Source: Malacoraja senta (lineage: Eukaryota). Taken from it: a stretch of 64,000 nt of DNA. The stretch covers positions 6,884,001 through 6,948,000 of the forward strand of contig CM075994.1 of NCBI GenBank assembly GCA_038087875.1. Reading direction: 5' to 3'. The translations under genes and the position numbers were made by a program. Shown one piece after another: positions 52,175 to 64,000 of the stretch. How positions within the stretch are numbered: the first letter of the stretch is position 1; each line of letters begins with the position of its first letter. The notes beneath the pieces were generated by a model, which saw nothing but the letters and a program-made list of their open reading frames with translations, ran no database searches and was not told the origin of the DNA.

Positions 52175-53985
52175 AACATAGAAACATAGAAAATAGGTGC
52201 AGGAGGAGGCCATTCGGCCCTTCGAGCCAGCACCGCCATTCATTGTGATCATGGCTGATCGTCCCCTATCAATAACCCGTGCCTGCCTTCTCCCCATATC
52301 CCTTGACTCCACTAGCACCTAGAGCTCTATCTAATTCTCTCTTAAATACATCCAGTGACTTGGCCTCCACTGCCCTCTGTGGCAGGGAATTCCATAAATT
52401 CACAACTCTCTGGGTGAAAAAGTTTTTTCTCACCTCAGTCTTAAATGACCTCCCCTTTATTCTAAGACTGTGGCCCCTGGTTCTGGACTCGCCCAAAATT
52501 GGGAACATTTTTCCTGCATCTAGCTTGTCCAGTCCTTTTATAATTTTATATGTTTCTATAAGATCCCCCCCTCATCCTTCTAAACTCCAGTGAATACAAG
52601 CCTAGTCTTTTCAATCTTTCCTCATATGACAGTCCCGCCATCCCAGGGATCAATCTCGTGAACATACGCTGCACTGCTTCAATCACAAGGATGTCCTTCC
52701 TCAAATTAGGAGACCAAAACTGTACACAATACTCCAGATGTGGTCTCACCAGAGCCCTATACAACTGCAGAAGAACCTCTTTACTCCTGTACTGAAATAC
52801 TCTTGTTATGAAGGCCAACATTCCATTAGCTTTCTTCACTGTTTTAACGATTGAGTTTTTTGAGGAAGTGACGAAGGAGATCAGTGAGGGTAGGGCGGCG
52901 GATGTTGTCTGCATGGATTTTAGTAAGGCCTTTGTTAAAGTCCTCTATGGTAGGCTGATGCAGAAGATTAAGATGCATGGGATTAACTGTGACTAGGTCA
53001 TATGGATTCATTTCAGAACAGGCTTACTAATAAAAGACAGGGCTGTGGTGGAAGGAAAATATTCAGGCTAGAGGTCTGTGACCAGTGGAGTTCCACAGTA
53101 ATCTGTGCTGGAACCACTGCTGTTTGTGATATATATTAATGACTTGGACATAAATGTAGACAGTTGCTCATGTTTGAAGATGACACCAAGATTGCTGGGG
53201 TCACAGACTGTGAGGAGGGCTGTCAAGGTATATAGCGGGATTTCGATCAGCTACAGAAATGGGCAGAGAAATCGCAGATAGATTTTAAGCCAAGCAAATG
53301 CGAGGTGTTGCACATTGTGGGGTCAAATATATGGGGAAAATTTACGACCCTCAACAGCATTGATGTACAGACGGATCTTGGGGTCCAACTCCATAGGTCT
53401 CTGAAAGTGGCAACACAAGGAAATAATGTGGTATAGAAGGCATATTGTATACTTGCCTTCATTAAGTCAGGCATTGAAGATAAGTCAGGATGTCATAATG
53501 CAGCTTTATAGGACTTTAGTTAGGCCACATATGGAATACTGCATGCAGTTCTGGCTGCCCCATTATGTGGAGGCTTTGGAAAGGGTGCAGTGGTTTACCA
53601 GAATGTTGCCTGGATTAAGGCCTCTTACAGGAAGAGGCTGGACAGACTTGGTTTATTTTCTCTGGAACACTGGAGGCTGTGGGCAAATCTGATAGAAGTA
53701 TATAAAATGATGATGGGCATAGATAGCGTAGTCAGAACCTATTTTCCAGAAATGAGTTGTGTGGAGCATCCTTTTTTACACAGAGGATGCCGATTGCCTG
53801 AAACATGCTGCTATGGTTGGTGGTTGAGGCAAATACAATTGTGACATTTAAGAGGCTTTTGGATAGGCATATAGAGGTGCAGGGAATGGAGGTAAAACAC
53901 AGGTAGATAAGAGATGGTCTTGGCATTATGTTCAGCACAGGCATTGTGGGCCAAAGGGCCTGTTACTGTGCTATACTGTTCTATG
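52175..53985. mobile_element. Two back-to-back CR1 fragments (52175-52842 minus, young; 52845-53985 plus, older)
   Basis: CR1 motifs in ORFs 52269..52914 (minus) and 52808..53844 (plus). Confidence 0.8.
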
Positions 53986-54933
53986 TTTATTCAAATCAAC
54001 CTGCTGAAATTTTACAGCCCTCATCACACTCCTTCCAGGACACCATCAGTCACATTCTGTCAGCTGCAGCTCCTGTAAGCGATCTCAATGTTCTGTTGAA
54101 GATAGACACAAAATGCCGGAGTAACTCCAGTGGGTCGTACAGCATCTCTGGAGAAAAGGAATAGGTGACGTTTCGGGTTGAGACCCTTCTTCGGATGGCC
54201 ACAGAATTAATTATCTATTCACGTCAACAATAGGGCGGCACAGTGGCGCGGCGGTAAAGTTGCTGCCTCACCGCGCCAGGCACCCAGGTTTGATCCTGAC
54301 TATGGGTGCAGTCTGTACAGAGATCGTACCTTCTCCTTGTGACTGTGTGTGTTTTCTCCAGGTGCTTCGGTTTCTTGCCACACTCCAGAGATGTACAAGT
54401 TTGTAGGTTAATTGGCTTCCATAAAATTGTAAATTGTCCCTAGTGTTTTGGATAGTGGTAGTGTATGGGGTTGATCACTGGTTGGTGTGGACTCGATTGG
54501 CCGAGGGCCTGCTGCCGTGCTGTATCTCTAAAAGTCTAACACAAATATCCTTTCAATTCCATGGGCAAGTGCTGATGGAACAGGTCATGCAAGTACACAA
54601 TATACTGACTCGGATTCTCATTCTATTCCAATCACCCTGCTGAATACAGAGTACATTATTTTTATATAAATACAGAATAATAATCGTTTCTATACTCACC
54701 TGGATAATCCGGAAAGCACTGCGAGTCATGTTTTTTTACTTCACCAATGCTTTTAACACCATCCAGCCTGCACTGTTAGGGAGCAAACTGAAGAAGATGC
54801 AGGTGGATGCTCCACTGGTGTCCTGGATCACCAACAACATGACTGAACGACGGCAGTAGGTCAAGCTGCAGAACTGTCTCTCGGACATGGTAGTTGCATC
54901 GTATCGTATTGTATTGTATATTTTAGCACATAC

Positions 54934-55035
54934 CTGTTGACGCCATCCAGGAAGTGATTGCGATGACGTTGAAAATGAACAAAATGAACAAAATAACTTC
55001 AGCGATAGACAGCCATCGTCTGTATCTTGGATATG
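54934..55035 (-). CDS. Gene B TM exon, type A copy 2 (AYPRYRRWLSIAEVILFILFIFNVIAITSWMAST)
   Basis: Acceptor ttcttgttttcatttctctaaag, donor AG|gtatgt. 102 nt, phase 1-1. Confidence 0.8.
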
Positions 55036-55751
55036 CTTTAGAGAAATGAAAACAAGAACAGTTGAAGTCCATTGCAACAGATTTTACACAAATAATTGAA
55101 TTCATGCATCAATGTTTATGGTGTTTCAAGCAACTGGTTTGTCATGCTGCTAGCGATATTGTGTCCAATCAGCTCAGAAATACATCAGATACTAGGCCAT
55201 ATCTGCAGATCTAACTCGTACAGGCACCCATAGGAAAGCCAAAATTTACCCGTCACCGTCATTCACCTTACTTAATCTCTTACTTTCTCTTTATAAATGA
55301 CTAATGCCCTTCTCACAACTTACTTTCCTACTTAATTTTGCGACAAATTTAACAATCACACCTTTGGAATCTTTATCACATTTTCCTCAACAGTGTGGAC
55401 AATGATACGAACATTGAATGGCGGTGCTGGCTCGAAGGGCCGAATGGCCTACTCCTGCACCTATTGTCTACTTACTGGAGCAGAAGAATGAGGGGGGACC
55501 TCATAGAAACGTATTAAATAGTGGAAGGCCTGGATATGGAGAGTCTAGGTCACAGCCTCAGAATTAAAGGGTGTTCGTTTAGGAAGGAGATGAGGAGCAA
55601 TTTCTTTAGTCAGAGGGTGGTGACTCTGTGGAATTCATTGCCACAGACAGTTGTGGAGGTCAAGTCAATGGATATTTTTAAGGCAGGTAGATAGATTCTT
55701 GATTAGTGTGGGTCTCAGGGGAGAAGGCAGGAGAACGGGGTGAGGTGGGAG

Positions 55752-56273
55752 CAGTGCTTCCACACCTCAACATTTTTTCCCCGAAATAGACTCCAAATTT
55801 CCTGGAATTTTTTGGTATTTCCTGAAATTTAAGCCTTCCCCAACTGCGCATGTGCGACTGCCGACCCAACTGCGCACGCTAGGATACCGGGCCCACTGCG
55901 CACGCACAAGGAGATGGCTTCCCAACTGCAAATGTGCAATTGCCGCCCTAACTGCGCACGCGCAAAGAGACGGCGTTATTTTGCGTCCCTACTGCGTCAC
56001 CGGCACCATTTTCAATTGTGCGCGGCTGACGGGCCTGCCTTAACTGTGCAGGGGCGGATGGTCGGAAAATTTCCCCCCCCAAATCCCTTCGCTTCTCCCT
56101 GCGTGTGCGCAGTGGCCCGGGTATCCACGCGTGCGCATTTGGGGCGGCAGTCGTACATGCACAGTTGGGGAAGGCTTACCAGGCCAGGGAATTTCCTGAA
56201 ATTATTTAATTTCCCTAAAATTACCCGAAGACAACCAGAATTTCCGGTAATTTCCTTCAAAGTGGAAACACTG
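55752..56273. mobile_element. hAT-like palindromic MITE inserted in a CR1 3' UTR
   Basis: TIRs CAGTGCTTCCAC / GTGGAAACACTG. Flanks GGTGGGAG / GGTGGGGG (7 of 8 match). Long internal inverted arms rich in TGCGCA. Confidence 0.75.
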
Positions 56274-56519
56274 GGTGGGGGAGATAGATGAGCCATGATC
56301 GAATGGTGGAATAGACTTGATAGGCCGAGTGGCCTAATTCTGCTCCTATCAATTAAGCTGTCATAATATATTATTCATAAGTTCTTATGAAGAGTCCTTG
56401 GCAACGTGACATCTTAACAACCAGTAAAAAAAACTGTCTGTTTTCCATTTCCTCTTGGTCAGCCATTCTTCTGCCTGTACTAATGCGTGACCATTTTCAC
56501 ACAATGTTTTATTTCCACA

Positions 56520-57135
56520 ATAAGCATGCAGGTACAGCAGGCAGTGGAGAAAGCGAATGGCATGTTGGCCTTCATAACAAAAGGAGTTGAGTATAGGAGC
56601 AAAGAGGTCCTTCTGCAGTTGTACAGAGCCCTAGTGAGACCACACCTGGAGTATTGTGTGCAGTTTTGGTCTCCAAATTTGAGGAAGGACATTCTTGCTA
56701 TTGAGGGAGTGCAGCGTAGGTTCACACGGTTAATTCCTGGGATGGCAGGACTGTCATATGCTGAGAGAATGGAGCGGCTGGGCTTTTATACGCTGGAATT
56801 TAGAAGGATGAGAGGATATCTTATTGAAACATATAAGGTTATTAAGGGTTCGGACCCGCTAGAGGCAGGAAACATGTTCCTGATGTTGGGGGAGTCCAAA
56901 ACCAGGGGCCAAAGTTTAAGAATAAGGGGTAAGCCATTTAGAACGGAGATGAGGAAACACTGTTTCACACAGAGAGTTAAGGCGGCGGAGGCCGGTTCTC
57001 TGCATACTTTCAAGAGAGAGCTAGATAGGGCTCTTGAAGATATGGGGTGGACGGGGTAATGATTGTGGATGATCAGTTATGGCAGTTATGGTTTGAAGGG
57101 CCGAGTGGCCTACTCCTGCACCTATTGTCTATTGT
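56520..57135 (+). mobile_element. CR1 3' fragment
   Basis: ORF 56487..57059 with [19 protein letters not shown]. Confidence 0.85.
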
Positions 57136-58028
57136 CCATAACATTGGATGTGGCAGCTTATCAAATATACAATACATTCACTGCTTCCCCTTTATCCATA
57201 CTACATTATTTCTTCAAATGACATCAAGAAATTGGTCAAACACATTTCCCCTTTCTCAAAATCACGTTGTCTTTGCCTTTGACCTTGAATGTTTATAGAC
57301 ATTGTCGTAATATCGTTAATAATAGATTCTAACATCTTCCTCATTACAGACATTATGCCAATGGTTTGTTGTTTCGTGTTTTCTGACACCTGCCCTCTCA
57401 GAATAAAAATGTTACGTGCTATTTTTCAATCCAATGGAACCCTCCCTGAATTGCAAGAGTGTTTGAAAATGAAAAACAATATATCAGTTCTATGACTAAT
57501 CATTACTAAATCCCGAGGATAAAGTCTTTCTGGGCCCAGGGACTTGTCAGACCAGAGCTCCAACAATTTTCTCATTGGCTCTTCTCTGGCAATTGTAATT
57601 TTCCGGCCTGCACTGTAATGCTCAGATAACAACTCAATGCACACATTTGTGCATTCAGAATTACGTTATACTTACTTATGGGACATAGAACAGTACTGCA
57701 TAAGAACAGGCCCTTTGGCCCACCATGTCTGTGCCAAACATGTTGCCAAGACCAATTCTTAACTGCCTGCACATAATCCATATCCTGCCTTTCTCAGCAT
57801 ATCCATATGCCTATCCAAAAGTCTCTTAAATGCCACTGTCTTTACTACCTCAAGCAACCCCCCCCCTTCCCCTCCCCAGCAACAACAAATTCCAGGCATT
57901 CACCACCCTCTACGTCAAATTTTGCTGTTAACAATAACTGATTCAAATATCCAAGAGGGATGGCTACCAGGACAAAGAAATTCCCTCCCCATATTCATCT
58001 CTATCAGTAATGCAGGAAGCTCTATTAC

Positions 58029-59946
58029 CGTGTGCGGACGTGGCGCCGATGGACGAGAGGCGGAAGCAAAGATGTCAAAGCCAAAGAACGGAATGGAAAC
58101 GAGGCCAAAACGACAATAAACCGAAGGAGACCAAAGACGAGACGCCTACTAACCGAAAAGATGGGACGCCTAAATGCAAACTAACCGAACGGGCGGGACG
58201 CCTGAAACCCAAGGAACCGAAAAGCTGCGTCGCCTAAAAGCAAACTTACCGAATGGCCGCTCTGTCGAAACGCCACCTACCCGAAAGGCGGCGTCGCCTA
58301 CAGGCCAAAGGACCAACTGCCACTCAACAGAAAAGTCCAATAACGGGCTTGACATTGCCGGGGGGCGGGACTTGTCAGCGATTGGCCCAGACCACGTGTC
58401 CATCACATCACTGTGAAGGCGTGAACATTGTCCCAAACCTCCCCCGACTCGCAGCCCGCGGAGGGTGGCCGTGGGAGAGTGGGGGCTGTCCCGAGCGATG
58501 CACACCTTCGGCCGCATTCAACTTGGTGCTTGGGTTCAGATTGCCCAGTTATCTATGGCTTGTGTGGGAAAATGAACCCCACGCTCCCGTCTCCCCCTTC
58601 TCTCTCTCTCTCCTCTCTCTCCCCTCTTCTCTCTCTTCCCTCTTCTCTCTCTCCATTCTTCTCTCTCTATACTCTTCTCTCTCTCTCCTGCTCTCTCTTC
58701 CCCTCCTCCCCCTCTCTCTCCCTTCTCTCTCTCCACTTCTCTCTCTCCCTTCTCTCTCCCCCTCTTCTCACCCCTCTTCTCTCTCCTCCTTTCTCTTCAC
58801 TCTTCTCTATCTCCTCTTCTCTCATCGCCTCCTCTACCCCCTCTCTCTCTCCCTTCTCTCTCTCTCCCCATTCTCTCTCCCTCCTCTCTCTCCCCCTCCC
58901 TCTCTCTCCCTTCTCTCTCTCTCCTCCGTCTCCACCCGCGGGTGCGTCCCAGTCATTGACCGCGATGCACCGCCATCTGACCCCAACCTCCACACCAGCA
59001 TGATTTCCCCTCCCTCCCTCTGACCGCAGTCAGTGACTGCAGGACGCTCCCACAGGTGGAGACGGAGGAGAGAAAGAAGGGGGAGAGAAGGGGAGAGAGA
59101 GAAGGGAGAAAGATTGGAAGAGAGAGAGAAGAGAGAGAAGAGGGGTGAGAGAGGAGGAGAGAGAGAAGGGAGAGAGAGAAATGGGGAGAGAGAGAAGAGG
59201 GGATGGGGAGAGAGAGATAAGGGAGGGAGATAGAAGGGAGAGAGAGGGGGAGAGGAGGGAAAGAGAGGAGAAGAGAGAGAAGTGGAGAGAGAGGAGGCGA
59301 GAGAGAAGAGGGGGAGAGAAGGGAGAGAGAGAAGGGAGAGAGAGAGTGGGAGAGAGAGTGGGAGAGAGAGAAGAGGGGAGAGAGAAGGGGAGACGGGAGC
59401 ATGGGGTTCATTTTCCCACTCGCCATAGGTACCGGGGCAATCTGAACCCACGCACCAAGTTGAAAGCGGCCGAAGGTGTACAACCCCCACTCTCCCACGG
59501 CCACCCTCCGCGGGCTGTGGGTCGGGTGGAGTGGAGGTGTGGGACAATGTTCATGCCTTCACAGTGATGTGATGGACGCGGGGGTCTGGACCAATCGCTG
59601 ACGAGGCCCGCCCCCCGGCAACGTCAAGTCCGTTATTGGACTTTTCTGTTGAGCGGCAGTCGGTCCTTTGGCCTGTAGGCGACGCCGCCTTTCGGGTAGG
59701 TGGCGTTTCGACAGAGCGGCCATTCAGTAAGTTTGCTTTTAAGCGACGCAGCTTTTCGGTTCCTTGGGTTTCAGGCGTCCCGCCCTTTCGGTTAGTTTGC
59801 ATTTAGGCGTCCCATCTTTTTGGTTAGTAGCCGTTTCGTCTTCGGACTCTTTCGGTTTATTGGCGTTTTGACCTAGTTTCCATTCCGTTCTTTGGCTTCG
59901 ACTTCTTTGCTTCGGCTTCTTGTCTGTCGGCCCCACGTCCGGGTAC
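58029..59946. mobile_element. 1.9-kb foldback element with 9-bp TSD (Mutator-like, non-autonomous)
   Basis: The two roughly 900-bp arms are reverse complements, including a CT-rich versus GA-rich block. CTCTATTAC occurs at 58020-58028 and 59947-59955. Short ACCGAA/GACGCC subrepeats are present. Confidence 0.8.
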
Positions 59947-60357
59947 CTCTATTACATCCTCTCCTTCATCAGAATTCAGTTCAGCTTGGTTTATTGTCAC
60001 ATGTACCGAGGTACCGTGAAAAGCCTTTGTTGTGTGCTATCCAGTCAGCAAAGACAATATATGATTACTATCAAGCCATTTACAGTGAATAGATACATGA
60101 TAAGGTAATAACGTTTAGTGCAATGTAAAGCCAGTAATGCCCGATCAAGGATAGTCTGAGGTTCACCAACGAGGTAGATAGTAGTTCAGCACTGCTCTCT
60201 GGTTGTGAAAGGGTGATTCAGTTGCCTAATAACAGTTAGGAAGATACTGTCTCTGAATCTGGAGGTGTGCGTTTTCACACTTCTATACCTTTTGCCTGAT
60301 GGGAGAGGGGAGAAGAGGGAGTGGGCAAATGAGATGCATTGTTCTCTAATTTCTCAC

Positions 60358-60384
60358 CTCTATGCCAAATCACAGCACATTTGG
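60358..60384 (-). CDS. Gene B 27-nt microexon (AKCAVIWHR)
   Basis: Strong acceptor ttttttcatgtttcatatttcttcag, donor AG|gtgaga. Phase 1-1. Confidence 0.6.
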
Positions 60385-60729
60385 CTGAAGAAATATGAAA
60401 CATGAAAAAAAACCTCCCATTTCTCAAGGCTATTTTCCTAAAGACTCCTCGAGTCAGGTCAGCAGTGCCTCCACAATTGTTCCAGATATCCTGTACCACC
60501 TCACAACTGACCAAAAATGCACTGACACCATCCCATAGGTCACAGCAACATGGAAGGGTGGCTATGGATGGACTGATGTCCTCTGACTCTGTGAGGTGGA
60601 GGGATGGAGGTGTGTGGAGTGGTTAGGGAGTTCATTGGTCATGTTTTCCTCATTTTTTATTTTATTAAAGCTAATCATTTGGAGATGTCTGCTTATTTAT
60701 GCGCATGTAAATTAGACCAGAAAAGATAC

Positions 60730-60837
60730 CTGATAATCTTGTACAATTCTGCAGGAGGATCAATATGGCACATGCTGCAGGAAATGGCAGTCCTATAATA
60801 ATTGCAGCACCAATTATTGTGTTATCTGTTATAAGAC
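60730..60837 (-). CDS. Gene B TM exon, type B copy 1 (GLITDNTIIGAAIIIGLPFPAACAILILLQNCTRLS)
   Basis: Acceptor tatttttaattgcag, donor AG|gtatct. 108 nt, phase 1-1, paralogous to 33957-34064. Confidence 0.8.
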
Positions 60838-61348
60838 CTGCAATTAAAAATAGGTTTTAATAATTAAATCTGAAACCAAATCAGGATCATTAGCTGTCTC
60901 CCATTTAAAGGGCATTGTTTACCTAAACTGATACCCACAACACCCATCAATTGCTGTGAAAGGGTCTGCAGTGAATTGTCCCATTGAGTAACAGTGCTAT
61001 TTCACCACATCTTTCACCCCCGAAGCCCAGGAACAGGCCCCAACCAGAACAACCCATTCATCCTAGTAATTAGCTTAATGAACTGCTTTTCAACCCCCTC
61101 CAATGCTACCAAATACATCCTCCACTGAGGGGATTAAAATTGTGCATGTTACCTCAGGTTTGGCTCACCAACACCCTGTATAATTATAATAGATCCTTAT
61201 TTCTGAACGACAACTCCTTTGCAATAAAAGCCAAAATGTTTTAATAGATCCAAAGGGATTGACCTAATTTGTGCCAGAATTGAAATCTGTTTGCAAGCAT
61301 TTTTTTCTAATTGTACCATGTAGCATTATTATTTGCGACACAACTTAC

Positions 61349-61369
61349 CATTCACACTGTTTATATCAA
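61349..61369 (-). CDS. Gene B candidate 21-nt microexon (VDINSVN)
   Basis: Consensus donor G|gtaagt and a weak acceptor (aaagatag). Phase 1-1 preserves the frame. Confidence 0.4.
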
Positions 61370-61499
61370 CTATCTTTGTGTTACGGAAATTATAGTTACA
61401 GACTTTTTAAATTCAGATTACTTGAATCAATTTGGCAAAATATTCGAGCAGAAATTCAATTTCCTGAAGGATACCGTCAAATCACGTCAACTTATCCTA

Positions 61500-62500
61500 T
61501 GATATCCGAAGGAGTTAGTGGTGGACTTTAGGAGGAGAGGAACACCCCTGGCCCCATCAATGGTGTGGAGGTGCAGTTTACCAGGGAGTACAAGTACCTT
61601 GCAGTTCACCTCGACAGTAAACTGAACTGGTCCAGGAATGCTGAGGCACCGTACAAGAAGGGACAGAGAACATCTGTACTTTCTGAGAAGGCTCCGCTCT
61701 CTCAATGTCCGTAGTAAGATGCTGCAGATGTTCTACCAATCAGTGGTGGCTAGTGCCATCTTCTTTGCTCTTGTGTCCTGGCATAGCAGGGCAACAGAAT
61801 TCACAAGCTCATTTGGAAGGCTGACTCTGTCCTGGGGCGGTGTTGGATACATGGGAGGTGGGCTTGGAGGGGAGGATGCTCCACAAACTGCGGAGCTTCC
61901 TGGACAATAACAGCTCATCCCCTCCATGGCACACCTGTGGAGCACCTTCAGCAACAGACTGGTTCCACCAAAATGCAGCACAGAATGCCACAGGTGATTC
62001 TTTTTCTGTTGTGGTCATCAAACTGTACAACTACTCCCCTTCTCCCCCTTCTGTCGTGGGGTAGACTGACTCCTCTTGTTGTTCTGGCACTATTCCATTA
62101 GATTATCAATCTCCCTCCTAAACGCCGATTTATCACTCTTCATAATTTGTCCAACAACTGTGGTGTCATTGGCGAGTTTAAAGATGACGTTGGAACTGTG
62201 TGTGGATACACAGTCATGGGTATAGAGTGAGCAGATCAGGGAACTGAGTCTACAACCTTGAGGTGATCCTGTGCTGATGGTTATCAAGGCGGAAGAGCCA
62301 ATTTCAGCTGATTGTGGTCTGTTGATGAGGAGGTTGAGGATCCAATTGCAAAGGGATGTACAGATATGCAATTCCCTGAGCTTGATAATGTTGAGAGTGG
62401 ATAATGATGCTGAATGCTGATCTGTAGTTGATGAATGGCCTGACGTACACATTCTTATTGTCCAAGTGGTCTAATGCAGGGTGGAGAGCCAGTGCCATCC
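61500..62500. mobile_element. Two Rex1/Babar-like LINE fragments (61500-62070 plus; 62090-62500 minus)
   Basis: HLYFLRRLRSLNVRSKMLQMFYQ on plus; [24 protein letters not shown] on minus. Confidence 0.75.
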
Positions 62501-63273
62501 CATCCCCTCTGGCAGTAGGTAAATTGTAGCGGGACCAGACTCTTCCTAAGTTTGATATGTGCCACAACCAACCATATGTTAAACACAAATTAATTGAGAC
62601 ATCCTCCTCTGAAAGCCACTTCTCCAAAAGTCCCTTTGGAGTTAGGTCAGACATGACTCCAGAATTGTTCCTGGAGTGATGCATCACTGCGGAGCATCCA
62701 CTTTGCAATTTGACACAAATGTAGGGCAATTTCATCCCACAGTAGAGTCATACAGCATGGAAACAGGCCCTTAGATCTAACTCATTCATGCCGCCCAAGA
62801 TACAAGTCCCATTGGACTGTGCTTAGCTCATATCCCTCTAAACCTTTCCTATCCTTGTACCTGTCCAAACAACTTAGAAATATTGTTATTGAATCTGCCT
62901 CAACTACCACTTCTGGCAGCTCGTTCTAGAAAACCTTCCATCCTGTGTGAAAAAGTTGCCCCTCGGGTTCCTGTTAAATCTTTCCCCTCTCAATTTAAAC
63001 ATATGCCCTAGAGCTCTGTTTGGAGTTTGTTCCTAAATATACAGTAGACAATAACAGAAGTAATGCACAAGTCGACCAAGAACACAGGGTAATAACACCA
63101 GCCATTAAAGTTTAAACATCCTTTAGGTTTCCCTGCTGTATGTTGTGGGCTATTGTTCAAAGAACTGTGGGTGCTGGCGATCCGGGTGAAGCTCACAATA
63201 CTCTGACTGACATACACCACTCCAGTCACCCTTCATCATTTTCATATGTTCAGAATAATATTTGTACACATAC

Positions 63274-63366
63274 CAAAACTGACGAAATAGATAACCGTGC
63301 AGAAAATCCACATGCACACAACCATATCACCAAAGATTAGCAGGATCTTCAAAAGGATTTTCATTC
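63274..63366 (-). CDS. Gene B TM exon, type A copy 1 (MKILLKILLIFGDMVVCMWIFCTVIYFVSF)
   Basis: Acceptor tttttgcttttctggaacatttcaag, donor G|gtatgt. 93 nt, phase 1-1. The flank AAAATTAAAATAGTTTGAAA is shared with the 29312-29404 exon. Confidence 0.75.
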
Positions 63367-64000
63367 CTTGAAATGTTCCAGAAAAGCAAAAAATTAAAAT
63401 AGTTTGAAATCCATAATAACAGATACGTACAAATCATTTCACAATAGCATCATGAGACAAATGTTCCAAGTAGCAGAAGTGAGCTCAGGATTGGTCAGGT
63501 TAGTAGCAATAATGAGTTTCCAAAACAAACCAAACAGTTTTGAAACAGGGCAGATGTCAGAGCACTGGACTGAAAGGACATCAGAAACTAAACTCACACT
63601 GGCCGTGTGGAAAGCCCAGGGAGAAACAAAAGGCACCTTGTGCACATTCTCCCTGTAACTGCTCGGGTGCTTCGATTTCCTCCCACATCCCAGACATGCA
63701 GTTTGAGGGTTAATTGGCCCTCTGCAAATTGTTCCTAGTGTGTCGGGTGTGGATGCAAAAGTAGGATAACATAGAACTAAAGTGAATGGGTAATCAATGG
63801 TTGGTGTGCAGTCGGTGGGCTGAAGGATGTATTTCCACAGTGTATCTTTCAATCAAACAGTTCATTGCGCCATCACTGGTGGATGTACTTTCAGCAACCT
63901 CAGCCCAAGGCTCTGAATTTCCCACCCGAGACTCTCCATTTTGTACCCCTCCTTTAAAGCTCAACTCCTATGGTCATCTCACCCTTTATTGCTTTCTTTG

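Noticed and set aside
58253..59567. Long Ser/Leu/Pro-rich and Glu/Arg-rich ORFs
   Set aside because: These are translations of the CT/GA low-complexity arms of the foldback element, not genes.

Overview
Eukaryotic, repeat-saturated vertebrate DNA. The repeat families (HE1-like V-SINEs sharing a 3' tail with CR1/HER1-like LINEs, Rex1/Babar LINEs, Penelope remnants) point to a cartilaginous fish, probably a skate or ray; this assignment is an inference. Most of the ORF track is transposon debris. Reading splice signals by hand on the minus strand gives two tandem spliced genes that the ORF track largely misses. Gene A (about 10.1-19.9 kb) is a predicted 213-aa single-IgV type I membrane receptor of CD2/CEACAM/HEPACAM-like fold. 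It lacks the canonical disulfide, has an Arg at the start of its TM helix and has a short Tyr-free tail. Gene B (25.1 to >63.4 kb, 5' end outside the window) is a multi-pass membrane protein with at least 6 TM helices. Each helix is on its own phase-1 exon, and the gene is built by internal triplication of a two-helix unit, with homology visible even in the flanking introns. Also present: an internally deleted DIRS1-type element with intact ITR/ICR; a 1.9-kb foldback element with a 9-bp TSD; a THAP-bearing foldback element; hAT and Harbinger MITEs; a CGGBP1-like hAT transposase remnant; several nested insertions; a perfect 95-bp inverted duplication; and many Penelope-derived short repeats with a minimal hammerhead-ribozyme-like core. 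Exon coordinates were counted by hand and repeat boundaries are approximate. No database search was run.
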